Both the position numbers and the translations under genes were made by a program. From Camelus dromedarius (taxonomy: Eukaryota): DNA of 64,000 nucleotides. The stretch covers positions 12,092,001 through 12,156,000 of the forward strand of contig NC_087438.1 in assembly GCF_036321535.1 (NCBI RefSeq), in the 5' to 3' direction. This document shows, piece by piece, positions 52,038 through 64,000 of this stretch (positions within the stretch are counted from its first letter, which is position 1; each line of letters begins with the position of its first letter). Below the pieces are notes generated by a model. It did not search any database. It was not told the DNA's origin and saw nothing but the letters and a program-made list of their open reading frames with translations.

Positions 52038-52152
52038 CTTCGTCTTCCCCAGCTGCCACTCGTTGTTGGAGGAGTCATAGAGCTGCAGAAGGGCCGTGCA
52101 CTTCCCCCTGACGTCCTCGGGCAGGGCCACACTCCTCGTCAGCACCTTATAC
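52038..52152 (-). CDS. MYO10: MYO10 exon ~21 (115 nt), converter region, YKVLTRSVALPEDVRGK...WQLGKTK
   Basis: tgcag|G acceptor, AAG|gtac donor, GKTK motif. Confidence 0.96.
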
Positions 52153-52243
52153 CTGCAACAGAAGGACGCCCAGCGTCACTTTTGCCACAATTCCTTCCCC
52201 GATCCCTTTGCAATGGAAGAAGGCCTATGCAGCTCCATCTTGC

Positions 52244-52368
52244 CTTTTGTAAAAATCCTGAAAGGGTCTCCGGACCGCATACCCCGCTTTCCGGATTCTC
52301 ACCGTCTCCAGCATCCCCGAGTACCGCAGCTGGTTGACCACGACCGCCTGGTCAAACTGGTCGGGCAT
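52244..52368 (-). CDS. MYO10: MYO10 exon ~20 (125 nt) [41 protein letters not shown]; starts with the headless initiator ATG
   Basis: tttcag|ATG acceptor; AG|gcaag (GC) donor; myosin motor C-terminal motif. Confidence 0.95.
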
Positions 52369-54106
52369 CTGAAACACACCAAGAGGTGAGAAGACAAGGT
52401 TAACAGGACACCCTTACCACTGTTTCACACACACACACGTTTTGAACCTACACACAAATACAGAATAGAAAACCAACCTCATCCTGTGTACCCACAGCCT
52501 GGCTTCAACAACCAGCAACAACCCTGCTCCATCCTCAAGCCCACTTGCTTCCTGCCCCTGGATTTTTTTGAGAGAAGTCCCAGATATCACACCATCTCAT
52601 TCATAAACATATCAGAATCATTTTTTTAATATAACCACAACACTATTATCATATCTTATAAGACACCAATAATTCCTTGCTATTAACAGCCTGGTTCAAC
52701 TTTCTGACTATTTTACAAATATCATAAATGAACCACCACTTGTAATGCTATGTTTTCCAAAGAATCTGAAATGTCATACAAATATCACCTTATTTACTTT
52801 TTAAACTTCAATTGCCAGGCATTTTTTTAGCTGAAGAATGCAGTGACCCAGTGAGAGCTGGGGGAGGGGTTCTGGGCTAGGGGTGGGGGGGTGGGGAGAG
52901 GAGGAGAGCTTGCAAGTGGAGAAAAGAGACAAAAATGAAAAAGAATTTTAATTTTCCCAATTTCCAGAAATTTGCTCTACTCTGATCATGAAATAAATCA
53001 ATCCCAGAATATATAAATGCAAGCCAGAGGAAATCAAACCAAGACTTAATATTCTGAAATGTATTCTTTCTCTGTTCAGTTGCCAAACAAACTGGCATTA
53101 CTAACAGGACAATAGTCTTTTCGGAGTAAAGCCCCAAAGTAGGTCATTTCCCACTTGTGGCTTCTTGAGCAGTGATCTGTGTTTTTTTAATCTGAACACC
53201 CCATTCTCTTTAGTTAATTTGTATTTTATCATCCTACACAACTGTGTATACAACAACTGAAAAACAGCACCCTAGGACATAAGTACATTTTTAAAACGTA
53301 GTTTAAATTTGAGAGCCTTAAAAACACAGTCATTAACACAAAAACAAGCTGAAAGCCATGTTATTCTGCACTTTTTTTTTCTTTAAGCAAAAGATGAATT
53401 TGAAGAACACTCTATAAATCTCCCTCACAATGTTTGATGGAAGAGCTAACACCATCTCCAGCAGGACGACTTCTCTCATATTTGATTTCTCCTACGAAAC
53501 ACTGTGGTCAAACTGTCTCTGCTCAGCAGTATTCTACCCCGAATCTAGCCAATAAATTAAGGCAAATAGCCGAAGAATTGTGGCTCACTGGTTTCTAGTC
53601 TTGATTATTTCAAATCTCCTTGGACAAGAAAGAAAAACAGAAGAGTATGGAAAAATTAGCCTTGGTTACTCTTCTAATCTTTGGATTAAAAAAAAAAACA
53701 GAGGCAACTGTTCTGAAGGTATTTGGTTAAAATGCTACTGTTAGATTTATTTGGGAATATAATCTGAACTACAGCAACCCACAAAAGACTAGTAGAGAGC
53801 GAATATAAAAGAAATAGGGAATTAAGCATCAGACTTAGTTAACGTTGTTAAATTCATAATCAGAGAAACAACGCATTTCACGTCTCATCATCTGATGCTC
53901 AAAGACTTTTTAAATAAAGCAAAAAACCTCTCCAAGTCTCTCAAACTTTCACCGTTCCTGACCCCTGCTGTTTTCCCCTGCTCCTTTTCTTCCAGTCTCT
54001 ATTTAACAAAGTTTGCACAATTCCTTAGCTTGGCACTGGTTATTAAAACACCCTAAAAAAATATTACGAAAGGGACACCCCCTCCAAAAAGTTCGGCCGC
54101 ACTTAC

Positions 54107-54470
54107 CATCTCCAGTCCCTCAGAGGAACATTCCACCTTCGGTTTGGCTCTCAGGCCAAAATTCATATGGAAAGCAACTGCCACCCTGACCTTTCGCCAC
54201 AGCTAAAGACACTGAACAATAATGAACACCATTCCTGTGCTTTAAAAAGTGCTCGGTCGCCATGGCAACCCCTTCCATTCTCGGGCTAATTAGTGTGGTG
54301 TGGTTGTAGGATTTCATACAGCCCGGGGAGGGGAGGGAGGGAGGGAGCCGCCAGGAGCGGCCACTCTTTCTAGGCTCCCATTGTGATTGTGTTTCTGCCC
54401 CTTCACAGAAATTTAACCAGGGGAAGGGGGATCTATAGGCAGATTGTCGCCTTGGGCAACGCACAGGGCG
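54107..54470 (-). promoter_or_regulatory. Candidate alternative promoter / first exon for headless MYO10
   Basis: ATG|GTAAGT donor at 54107/54106; X-boxes 54256-54269 and 54446-54460; SOX, TAATTA and (GGGA)n motifs; no recognisable repeats; relatively CpG-rich. Confidence 0.6.
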
Positions 54471-56294
54471 ATCACGAGGGGAGGAGTCCTGTATTTCCAT
54501 TGGTGGGGCTCTTTTTAGTTTCAACTTCCTTTTCTTCTGGGTGAATTTAATGTTCACAGATGACACAGCTAGAGGCTGGACCGGTCACAACTTAAAGGCA
54601 TGTGGCCTTTTAAATTTCCCTCATGCACTCCAGTCTCCACCGGTGACCAGTTTTCCAGAACTGGAGCTCCCCCTTCAAAGACTGCCTGCAGTGTCTAACA
54701 GTGAAATATTGATGGCTGACAGATAGGTGGATTTTGGAAGAAATAGCCATAAACTGGGGCACTTAAAGTTTCAGGAGTCTGGTCTTTATCCAGTTACTGA
54801 ATTTTAAATTATTGAACACCTACTAGGTGCCAAGATCTTGTGATTCACATCCAGGGCAAAAAAAAAAAAAGTGGGGAGGGGTGGATTCTTCTCTGTCTGA
54901 ACTCAACCCCCTCGTCCCCAGAGGAGGACATTCAGACAACTGATGGAGCTCCACGGACGTGTCATAATCACCCAAAGGCCATAGCTGATTTTAGGGTTCG
55001 CTCTTGGTGCTGTGCATTCTGTGGGTTCTGATGAATGTGTAATGGCGTGTCCACCATCAAAGCATCATACAGTTATGCTGCCGTAAAAATTCTCTGCTTA
55101 CTCATCTCCACCTATCCCCACCTCCTGGCAGCCGGTCATATTTTTACTGTCTCCACAGTTTTTTTTTTTTTCCAAAAGAGCAGTTTTTGGTTCACAGCAA
55201 ATTGAGAGGAAGGTACAGAGATTTCCCTTATACCCTCCACCCCTTTAGATGCATAGCCTCACAGGGCTGATTCTGTTTCCAAGGACCCTGAAATTCAGGA
55301 AGGCGACAAGTATGCCAAGCATCATCACTTCTATAGTAGACAGCCTAAAATAAAACCATGCTGAAAATCAAAATTATGTTCCTTGGGACCACAGAGGAAA
55401 GAAAAGTACTGAGGCAGTATGGGTGGCACGTGAATTTGAACCCAGGTCTGACCCAGAGTTTGGACTCTCACAATTATTATTCTCTGCTGGAGGGGAAGGG
55501 ACATTCTACACAGAGAACATAGCATGTACAAAAGCCAAGAGTCAGAAAAAAGAAGCTGGCATGTTTGGTAGTTAGTCTGGGACAGAACAGAGGTGGGAGG
55601 GAGGGACCCAGGATGACAGTGGCCACCACACTCAAGTTTGATGCCACTGGATCAAGAGCTCCCCGCCAGGGATCAGAGCTGTGCTGAAGAAGGATTCCCT
55701 TGTCAGCGGCAGCAAAACTAGAACCAGGACAAGAGAAATAGCTGGGTATATTTTGGTATCATGCATATCACAAAATGTTACATGGTCATTAAAAAGTAAG
55801 ACCAAATTAAAGACGCACCAGTTAACTCCCAAGCCTTTTGCAAGGTGCAGAAAAACAAGACACAGGAAAGTATGTATAACAATCTTGTTGTAAATCAAAC
55901 ATGACCCCATCAAAAAAACCCACCTGCTCTGTTTATGTACACGTCCATGAATATATACCTCTAGATACACCTGCACAGAAAAGGATAGGAGGAGACAGGC
56001 CAGGTTGCTTTGAGTTGGGGGGCACTGCTACGAGGGGTGGGAAGAAGAAAAAGCTAAGAAAAACGGGGGGAAATTTGACTCCATTAAAAGAAGGAAATAA
56101 TCATACATATACAATGTGAAAAATTTCTATATGGCTATATGTCTTTGAAGACATTTAAATAATAGTATTTTTACAAAAAAAAACAACCCCAAAAAACCAG
56201 ACACAGGATAGATTCTAGAAGTTCTGCATGGTATAGGGTGGAAATGGGGGGAAGAGAAGCAGAGACCAGGGGAGACGCCACTGTAAGGGCACTT

Positions 56295-56748
56295 TAAAGT
56301 GGAAACAACCCACATGTCCATCAACTGATGAGTGGGTCAACAAAATATGCCACATGTCCACACAATGGCATATTATTTGGCCATAAAAAATGAAACACTG
56401 ATACAGGCTACAACATGGATGAGCCTTGAGAACATTATACTAAGTGAAAGAAGCCAGTTACAAAAGACCACGCGTTACATGATTCCACTCATATGAAAGG
56501 TCCAGGACAGGAAATCTACAGGGACAGGAAGTAGAGGGGTGTCTGCCCAGGGCTGGTGGAGGGGACGCAGATACAGAGGGGTGGCGAGCCAAGAGGTAAG
56601 GGCATTTCTTTTTGAGGTAATGAAAATGTTCTAAGTGCCTGTGGTGATGGTTGCACATATCGGTGAATATACGAAAAACCACTGAACTGTACACTTTCAG
56701 TGAGTCAACTGTATGTATGTGATTTCTATGTCAATAAAGCTTTAAAAG
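56295..56748 (+). mobile_element. Old LINE-1 3' end (L1MB/L1ME-like)
   Basis: TGGAAACAACCC..ATGTCCATCAACTGATGA..CTAAGTGAAAGAAGCCAG..CAATAAAGC. Confidence 0.8.
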
Positions 56749-58002
56749 AAAAGTACTGTAAAAACCTGCCTGACACAGGGGCATTTAAAACAGATAAAAA
56801 GGGATGGATGCAAGAGAAAGTTTGCAACCTAGAGATGGGATTAAATATATTTAGCTTCAGGTAATGTAATTCTACCAAAAAATTACAAGCACTTTCCCCC
56901 CTGATTTGAAAAAAATAAGATTTTAGAATGCCTAGACAAAACAAATGATGGACAACAGAGCACGCTAAGCCCACCACAAAAATCAATTACGGTTTTTGCA
57001 GCTTAAATTACGCTCCTGCAGCTTAAAATCTAAATAAAGGGCAACAGAGGTGCTGACAAACAGAGACACAGGACAGGGGAGGTGCTTTACAATGCAGAGA
57101 AAGAAATGCATTTATGCATTCATGAGTCTGCTTACCCCGAACACTACCTAGCCCTCCGTAACGTCATCAGTGTTGCACGGAGACAATTAGAAGTGTGACA
57201 GTGGACTTGGAACTGGTCATCTGTCCATGGCAAGGGCACATTCAACCTGTGCTTATTTAATTAAAGAAAATAAAATGAGTTCATTATCTGGGGGCCAGTG
57301 AAGTTCTCATGCTTTTCAGCATTTGGGAGATCTCACAGAAACCAACCCAGGATCCTGAGAAGAGCCTGGGGGTTGGGGGGATCCCATCTACCGCCCAGAG
57401 GCTGGTGGGGTCCGGTGGGGGCCAGCCAGGATTGTGGGAAGAAGAAACTTCCCTGTTCTCTGATGGCAGGTCACACACATATTAAGCACTACAGGGACTG
57501 GAAACCAAATTAGGGGTGATGGTGAAACTGGGGAAATCCAGCACCACTGCTAAGGTGAGAACATCTCCACGCCTTGGAGTCTTCTGAAGAGAACCACACA
57601 TTCTATTTGTCATTCGGAGGGCGGAGAACAAGCCAGACAAGGAGGTAGGGCTGGCCGAGAACTGACTTATTTCACTCTGTCATCATCCACTGCTACATAC
57701 TATCACTTGAAATGCATCTATGAGATCAATTTTTTAAAATTTGATATGAAGGGAGAAAATTATTCTCTAGAAGAAATGACATGATTTATCTGACTCTACA
57801 TTTGTAAATGACTACTGTAACTCACTGTAACTTACTTATGTACCTTGTGCCAAAAGGGATTAAAGAAAGATAAAATAAACAGAAAATAAACACAGTGATT
57901 AAAAGAGAACACATAGTAGGAAAGTGCATTGTATTTCCCCCTTTGCCTTGGCTGCCAGGACGCTCAAAGTTAAACTTAATTCTCAATAGTCAGTGTTAAG
58001 GT

Positions 58003-58087
58003 GGGGAGAGTATAGCACAAGTCCTAGTACCTCCATTAAAGTAAATAAATAAGTAAACCTAATTACCTCCCTCCTCCTCAAAAAAAG
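58003..58087 (+). mobile_element. Internally deleted Vic-1-type SINE
   Basis: Head GGGGAGAGTATAGC joined to AGTACCTCCATTAAA...AAACCTAATTAC tail; B box missing. Confidence 0.7.
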
Positions 58088-60497
58088 TGTTGTTAACCAG
58101 GTATTTTATTTTGCCTTAACTTTTGAATCATTCTTCATAGTTAATCAACAAAGGTCTCAGTTCCTATAAGGAGCACCTATTATTTTTAGTCTAAGGTAAC
58201 AACCACAAGATATATAATCTTAAAAACAATAATTTTTTCTAAAAGAAGAATTCTATTGTTCTACCCTCAAAGATCTACTGTTGACTATACACAGAGAATT
58301 TCAAATGATTTTTGGTAGCCTTGCAGGGACCAGGTCCTCCTGTCTAGGGGTGCAAGGTACCCACAGCAAGCCTTCAACTCACACAGCACTTGAGCACAGA
58401 AACCCAATGGGGTGGGTTAGATGAGTAATATTATTCCGTTTTGAGGATGAGGAAGCTGGAAGTGAGCAAGGCTAAATGAGCTGTTCAAACCAGTTTTAAA
58501 ATTGGCTTAAATCAAACAATTAAAGCTCAAAGAGCTCTGCATTCCCAAAAGCTAGCATGTGGACCAAACCCATATGCACTGAACCATATTTCCCTACACA
58601 TATGTTATAAAATCGGGGCCATATTTCCAGAGGCTGTAATTCTCAAAGGGATGAGCTGGAAACTTCTTTAGGAAAAAGACTACAATGGAATCCAGGCAGA
58701 GAATGTGCCCTATATTGTAGCATCTCCAGGAGCACTGGGTCTTCTGGGCACACGGTGACATTCTCTGAAGATTCTAACACTAAGAGTGGGTGGAGGTTAG
58801 GGACAACCTGTCAGGTGCTGACCTGGTGTAAATACAGGTGATATAAAAATCACCATTCTAAGGGCCACGCCACTGGAGAGCAGAAACTGGTTTGCTACAC
58901 TGAGCTCAGCCAACTGTCTATACATGGAAATAACTAGTTAACAGAGGAAACCTTTTGGAAAATCAAATAGCAAACTCTGAGCAAATCCATCTCTGGTCAC
59001 TGGTCCCTTTAACACAGATAATAAAAGGCTGACAATAATGTTACTTTGCATCTCAGTATCTGAACAGAATTAAAATATTCCTGGACTCACTTATGGTTGC
59101 AACTCCACCTGCCTCTCTTCCCTGCTCTCTGGGTACCACCTGCCAAGGACAGACGCTTGTCAAGAGCTAACACACAACAGCAGACAGAGGGACACACTCT
59201 GAACACACTGATTTTCAAGCGTGGAGTGAGCCCACACGTGACAACAGTTAATGATAACCGCTTTCGCTTGAAAAACAAATCCAACTTGGTAATTCCTGCG
59301 GCTGCTTCTGAACACAGACTACAATTTATTTCCAGAACAGGTCCTTCTCTCCCCTTTTTAGGAGATGTTCAATTTATTCAAAGTCTAAAAACTAAGCGCT
59401 TGATAGGAATCCAGTGTCTTGGAGATCAGGTAAAAGTAGACACTGTTTACTATTTTAATCAATCAAAAGCATTTATTAAGAGCCTTCCATAGACTGAGCA
59501 ACCACAGAGGTAACTGTATGGGATACACCAGAGCAGACCCAGTCCTTGCTCTGACTCGACAAAGGCAGACTCTCTTTGGGTCCAATCTGCTTGGAACGCA
59601 ATGTGGCAGCAAGCCCTGGGCCCGGCGGAACAGGTCCTCAGAGCTCGGAGGAACAAGACATGGGAGGTGAGCATTACACCAACAGGGTCTTACTGCCCTA
59701 TGTTCTTTTCTTTTTTAACTTTGTATCTTATTAAGGTTTATCCCTCGCCAACATTGGTAGATTGTTTCTCAAAGGACAACATTTGAAAATTAATTTAAGT
59801 GAGAGTCCTACTTTTTCTCATTGTATTTTTTAATGGCTCCTGAGCCACCTCCTCGTGAAATATTGTACACTTTATTTACACATATTAGCCTTGCAATGGA
59901 GAGACTAGTCCCCATGATGGAGGATTAGTACCCAGGATCCTAAGAAATGTAGAATCAGTTCACTTTTGGGTAAAACCATCACATGATTCTTCATTTTGAC
60001 AAGTAAACATTTTGAAACGGGAGAACTACTAGCATTACAGAGAGAATCTGATATATTAGGTATATCTGTATTTGCATTATGATTATGGGACATACCTTTA
60101 CCCTAATTCAACTTTTAAACACAAACAAGCAAACGAATTTTAAACAGCTTGATAACCCTTCATCAAATGTAAGTGGTAAAAAATTACAGATGAGTTTACC
60201 AAAAGTCGACCATGTTACACTAAAAACGTAACATTCGCGGCCCTATGCTGACAGGACTCCTGTCCTGACCTCTTAGCAATTAATGAAAAAATTAAGACAT
60301 GAGGACTCTGAATCTTTATTTGCTGTCTTTGCTGCATCAACTTCTCAAAAGCAGTTAAGTAAGTATCAGACAGTTTTCTGATGCTTTGAACAGTCTTCAA
60401 AAGCATGGTTACTAAAGCAGCAACAGACCTTTACTGACCTCAAACGGGAAGTAAACAAAAGCCAATTAAACGATCGACAAAGGTTCTTTGTACTTAC

Positions 60498-60660
60498 ATC
60501 AGTCATTTCACTCCCAGGCTGGTCAACATTTGGCACAGTTGTCGCTACTTGCTAAGTTTCACATTTTGAGAAAAGAGGCACAAACACATTTCCCCAGAAG
60601 AGGCAACTCCCTCCCAGGTGAGGAACTGGAGCAACGTGGTTATGTGATTGGCCAAAGCTG
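60498..60660 (-). promoter_or_regulatory. Second candidate alternative first exon for headless MYO10 (ATG ACT GAT|GTAAGT)
   Basis: Consensus intronic donor hexamer, phase 0, in-frame ATG with G at -3; CCAAT box 60647-60651 upstream. Confidence 0.45.
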
Positions 60661-61469
60661 TCAGTCTGTCCTGGGGGTCTGATCATAAGAATGTGGAAAT
60701 TTCTCACTCACCAAGTACAGCCTTCAAACCACTCCCCTCCCGGCTGAGCAGGATCAAAAAGCAAGGAAATCCAAGCTCTGTTACAGGTGGAAACTGCGGT
60801 GCTCACCTCAGATCCACACAAACCCTAACAACAAGAAAGGAAAACTCTGAACATAATGGTTAGACACGTGCACATGAAATCCTTCCAAGGCACAGCGTTC
60901 GCCATATCATAGCCCTGTTCACAGACTCCCAACATACGCCAAATTAAGACAAAGGCTTCCATTTCACATTCGAGGCCCTCATAATACGCTCCAACCTACC
61001 TTCCCAGTCAATACACCCCTCCAACGTACTCTACATCTAAGTCAAATTAGAGGTAAGTCCAGCTGTTGACTAAAACCTCCACTTCCTGTCTTACCTCTCA
61101 GCTGAAGCCAGCTTTTCCACCTGAAATGCTCACCCACTGTCTTTAAATGCTGAGTTCCATGGATCTTGTCGGGGTCTCTCAAATACTCCCTCCTCAGTAA
61201 AATTGTTCCAGATGCATCCAACTGGTACCATCTGATCTTGACCATGCTCTTCCTCTTGGCATGTATTTTTTTATATCCATCAGACCCATACATGTGAATT
61301 CCTCATTAGAGTATACATTTCGTTAGGGCAGGAGCTGAATCTTAAGAATTTCTCACTAAACTGCCGACCACTGAACTTCAACCTCAGATACGTACCCAAT
61401 TAACCGACTGTACTGCGTAAATAAAAGTGTGATTCTGTTTACAGTTGTTTCAATGGACTTCTCTGGCCA

Positions 61470-63080
61470 TGGCTTAGAAACAAGATAAAAAACACAGCAC
61501 ATGAAAGGAAAAACGGCTAAGTTGGATCTCATGAAAATTAACTTCTCTGTGAAAGACACCGTTAAGACAATGAAAAGATGAAGCAACACACTGGGAAAAT
61601 GTTTGGAAACGACATAGCTGGAAGAAGACTGTCATCAAGCACACCCGAAACTCAATAATACAAAAACACCACCTGATTTTTAAAACAGACAAAAGATCTG
61701 AGCAGACACATCATCAAAGAATCTACAGGGATGGCTAAGAGGCATGTGGAAAGAGACAGCATCGGTTCTCTTAGGAAACTGCAGATGTAAACAGTGACAT
61801 GCCACCACACACCTGTGAGGATGATTAAATACAGAAAACTGAAAATACCAAATGCTGGCAAGGATGCGGAGCAACAGGAACCCTAATTCACAGCTGGCTG
61901 AATGCAAAGTGATACAGCCAATTTGGAAGACAGTTTCTTACAAAGCTAGACATAGTCTTAACACTTCAACCAGCAACCACGGTCCTGGATACAGTCATTT
62001 GTATCCATGGGAGATTGGTTCCAGGACCCCATGGATACCAAAATCCATGGATTCTCAAGTTTCTTACATTAAATGGTGCAGTATTTGCATATAGCCTACA
62101 CACATCCTCCAGGATACTTTAAATCATCTCTAGGTTACTTACAATACCCAATACAATGTAAATGCTACGTAGATAGCTATAGATACAATGTTAACTGTTA
62201 TGCATATAGTTGTCAGCACATGGCAAATTCATGTTTCACTTTTTGGAACTTTCTGGAAATTTTTTCCCCTGAATATTTTTGATCTGAGGTTGGTTGGATT
62301 CCCAGATGTGAAACCCTTGGATAAGGAGGGCTGACTGTACCTACTCAATTAAGTTGAATATTTATACTCACACAAAAGCATAGCCTTTATTCATAATTAT
62401 CCAAAGCTGGAAGCAACCATGATGCCCTTCAGTTGGTAAACAAAGAAACTGTAGTACATTCATTCAATGGAATATTATTCAGATTTTTTTTTTTAAAAAG
62501 AGCTCTCAAGCCCCCTAAAGACTCGGAGGAATCTTGAATCCATAGTGCTAAGTGCAAGAAGACTTTCTGAAACAGACATATACTATGTATGTGATTCCAA
62601 TTACATGGTATTCTGAGTAAGGCAAAGCCATAGAGATGGTAGAAAGATGAGAGGTTGCTAGGAGCTCAGGGGAGGGCTGAAAAGGTAAGGTGCTGGGAAA
62701 TTTCAGATTGGTGAAACTGTTCCACCTGATGCTGTACCAGTGGGTGCGTGACATGATACATTTGTCCAAATCTGCAAAATTTTACAGCAAAAGAATGAAC
62801 CTTGGAGGATCCCAGGAAATAACTCAGATGGTCACAAAAGAATCTGAATGTGTTACAAATGTGTGAAACAACATCATTGAAGGACTTGGGGGAAACCTAC
62901 AACTCAAGTAGCTTTGGACATGGAGTCTCTTCAGTCTTAAGACTTAAAGGCAAAAGGAGTCCCATGTGATGAGTATGGTTTTGTAGTTGATAAAGTTGTT
63001 TCCCCGCATATGGATCAACAATTCTGAAACTGCTATACATCTATACGGGAACAGAACAATTGAATAAACAGATGGTGGAA
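61470..63080 (+). mobile_element. Old LINE-1 fragment (L1M type) interrupted by MER2
   Basis: Degenerate ORF2 end (CAAAAGATCTGAGCAGACAC, CCAAATGCTGGCAAGGATG) and 3'UTR. Confidence 0.7.
61992..62337 (+). mobile_element. MER2-like (TcMar-Tigger) MITE
   Basis: CAGTC...GACTG termini with TA TSD; GATTGGTTCCAGGACCCC motif; 346 bp. Confidence 0.85.
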
Positions 63081-64000
63081 GAAAACCTTAATGAAACTAA
63101 TTCTATCCAACTAGAGTTGATTTACCGTCATGAAAACAGCAGGTGGAAAACCCAAATCTGATGCTGGTTTAACCTCAACTCTTAAGGATGCCAGTCACAA
63201 GGTCCAAGGAGTCCTCAAAATGTGCTTCTAGAGAACAAGCCCAAAACACAGCTCAATCAATACCCACCTGTGTTTTCAGTTACTTATATGACACAACTGG
63301 AATGTGCTTCTATGGGGAATAGTTCAGCTCAAGATGTAATGAAGGCACTTTTCAGCACAGAGTTTAATGAGGACAGATGTAAAAGACAGTGGGAGAGAAA
63401 AGTTGTCTTGTTTTCTCCATTAAGCTATCATTCAACGAGAGAATAACGCAGGAAAAGTTGTGGGGTTTTTAAAACCAGAAATAGAATATATTCAGTGAAA
63501 ACCCAACAGCTCTCCTGGAGAAAACCACTCTTGCCAGTTTCCTGGGTTTTCTTCCAGTCATCGTATTCTATGCACGTGTAAACAAATGCAGGACTGGGTG
63601 TGCATGTATACTGACATGCACATGCACATAGATAAACACACACTTTTTTTTTTAAAGGCAAATGAAAACATTCGACATTTTGCTCTGTTCACCCAAGGTA
63701 ATCCTGGAGAGCTCCGTTAGGACACATGGATCGCCTGTGTTTTTCACAGCCGCACAGTATGTCATTACCAGAATGCGTTTAATCAGCTCCCTGCGGAGGA
63801 CCATTTAGGTTGTTTCTGCTCTTTGCTGTTTTCTATTTAGCTTTTGCTGAATGAAAGGAAATAAAGCGGAACAATGGCGCCCCCACGCCAGAGCACTTCC
63901 TGTCAACACTTCCATCCCTGGCCCCCCAAGAATCCTCTTTGTTTCAGGGTGAATGCGGTCCTGTACTTCTGATGGCCAACAGTCAGGAGCCCAGAGAACA

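Larger units (their letters stand above)
16380..64000 (-). other. MYO10: MYO10 gene, 3' part; the 5' motor-domain exons lie beyond the right edge
   Basis: 22 exons with canonical splice sites join in frame to 1406 aa matching myosin-X motifs ([20 protein letters not shown] repeats, GWLHKKGGG PH, MyTH4, FERM, C-terminus ...SSQGSSR). Confidence 0.98.

Noticed and set aside
57125..57180. Donor-like GGG|GTAAGC with a nearby CRE-like TGACGT in the large intron
   Set aside because: The upstream ATG frame hits TAG before the donor and there is no other promoter evidence; a non-coding first exon cannot be excluded
59085..59100. Donor-like TAA|GTGAGT
   Set aside because: Poor exonic context; such hexamers occur by chance
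1..64000. Prokaryotic-type systems (CRISPR arrays, operons, defence islands) or an intact retroviral ORF
   Set aside because: No repeat-spacer arrays and no long unexplained ORFs; the sequence is accounted for by a spliced mammalian gene plus interspersed repeats

Overview
Mammalian genomic DNA, most likely camelid (four tRNA-Ala-derived Vic-1-type SINEs). The window holds the 3' part of MYO10 (unconventional myosin-X) on the minus strand. I resolved 22 coding exons by hand (probably exons 20-41 by human numbering), from an ATG at 52368 to a TGA at 17762. They splice in frame to 4221 nt / 1406 aa: end of motor, 3 IQ, SAH/coiled coil, PEST, 3 PH, MyTH4, FERM. This matches the known 'headless' Myo10 ORF. 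The large intron upstream (52369-64000) has two candidate alternative first exons that splice in frame to that ATG; one sits in a promoter-like block with two RFX X-boxes plus SOX and homeobox motifs. Also present are a 91-nt GC-AG intron, a 3'UTR with tandem poly(A) signals and miRNA/PUM sites, two co-oriented CTCF-like motifs and many interspersed repeats. Positions 1-~13000 are repeat-rich and look intergenic. There is no prokaryotic-type system. Exon numbers and human comparisons rely on my recollection of human MYO10; repeat family names and boundaries are by eye and approximate.
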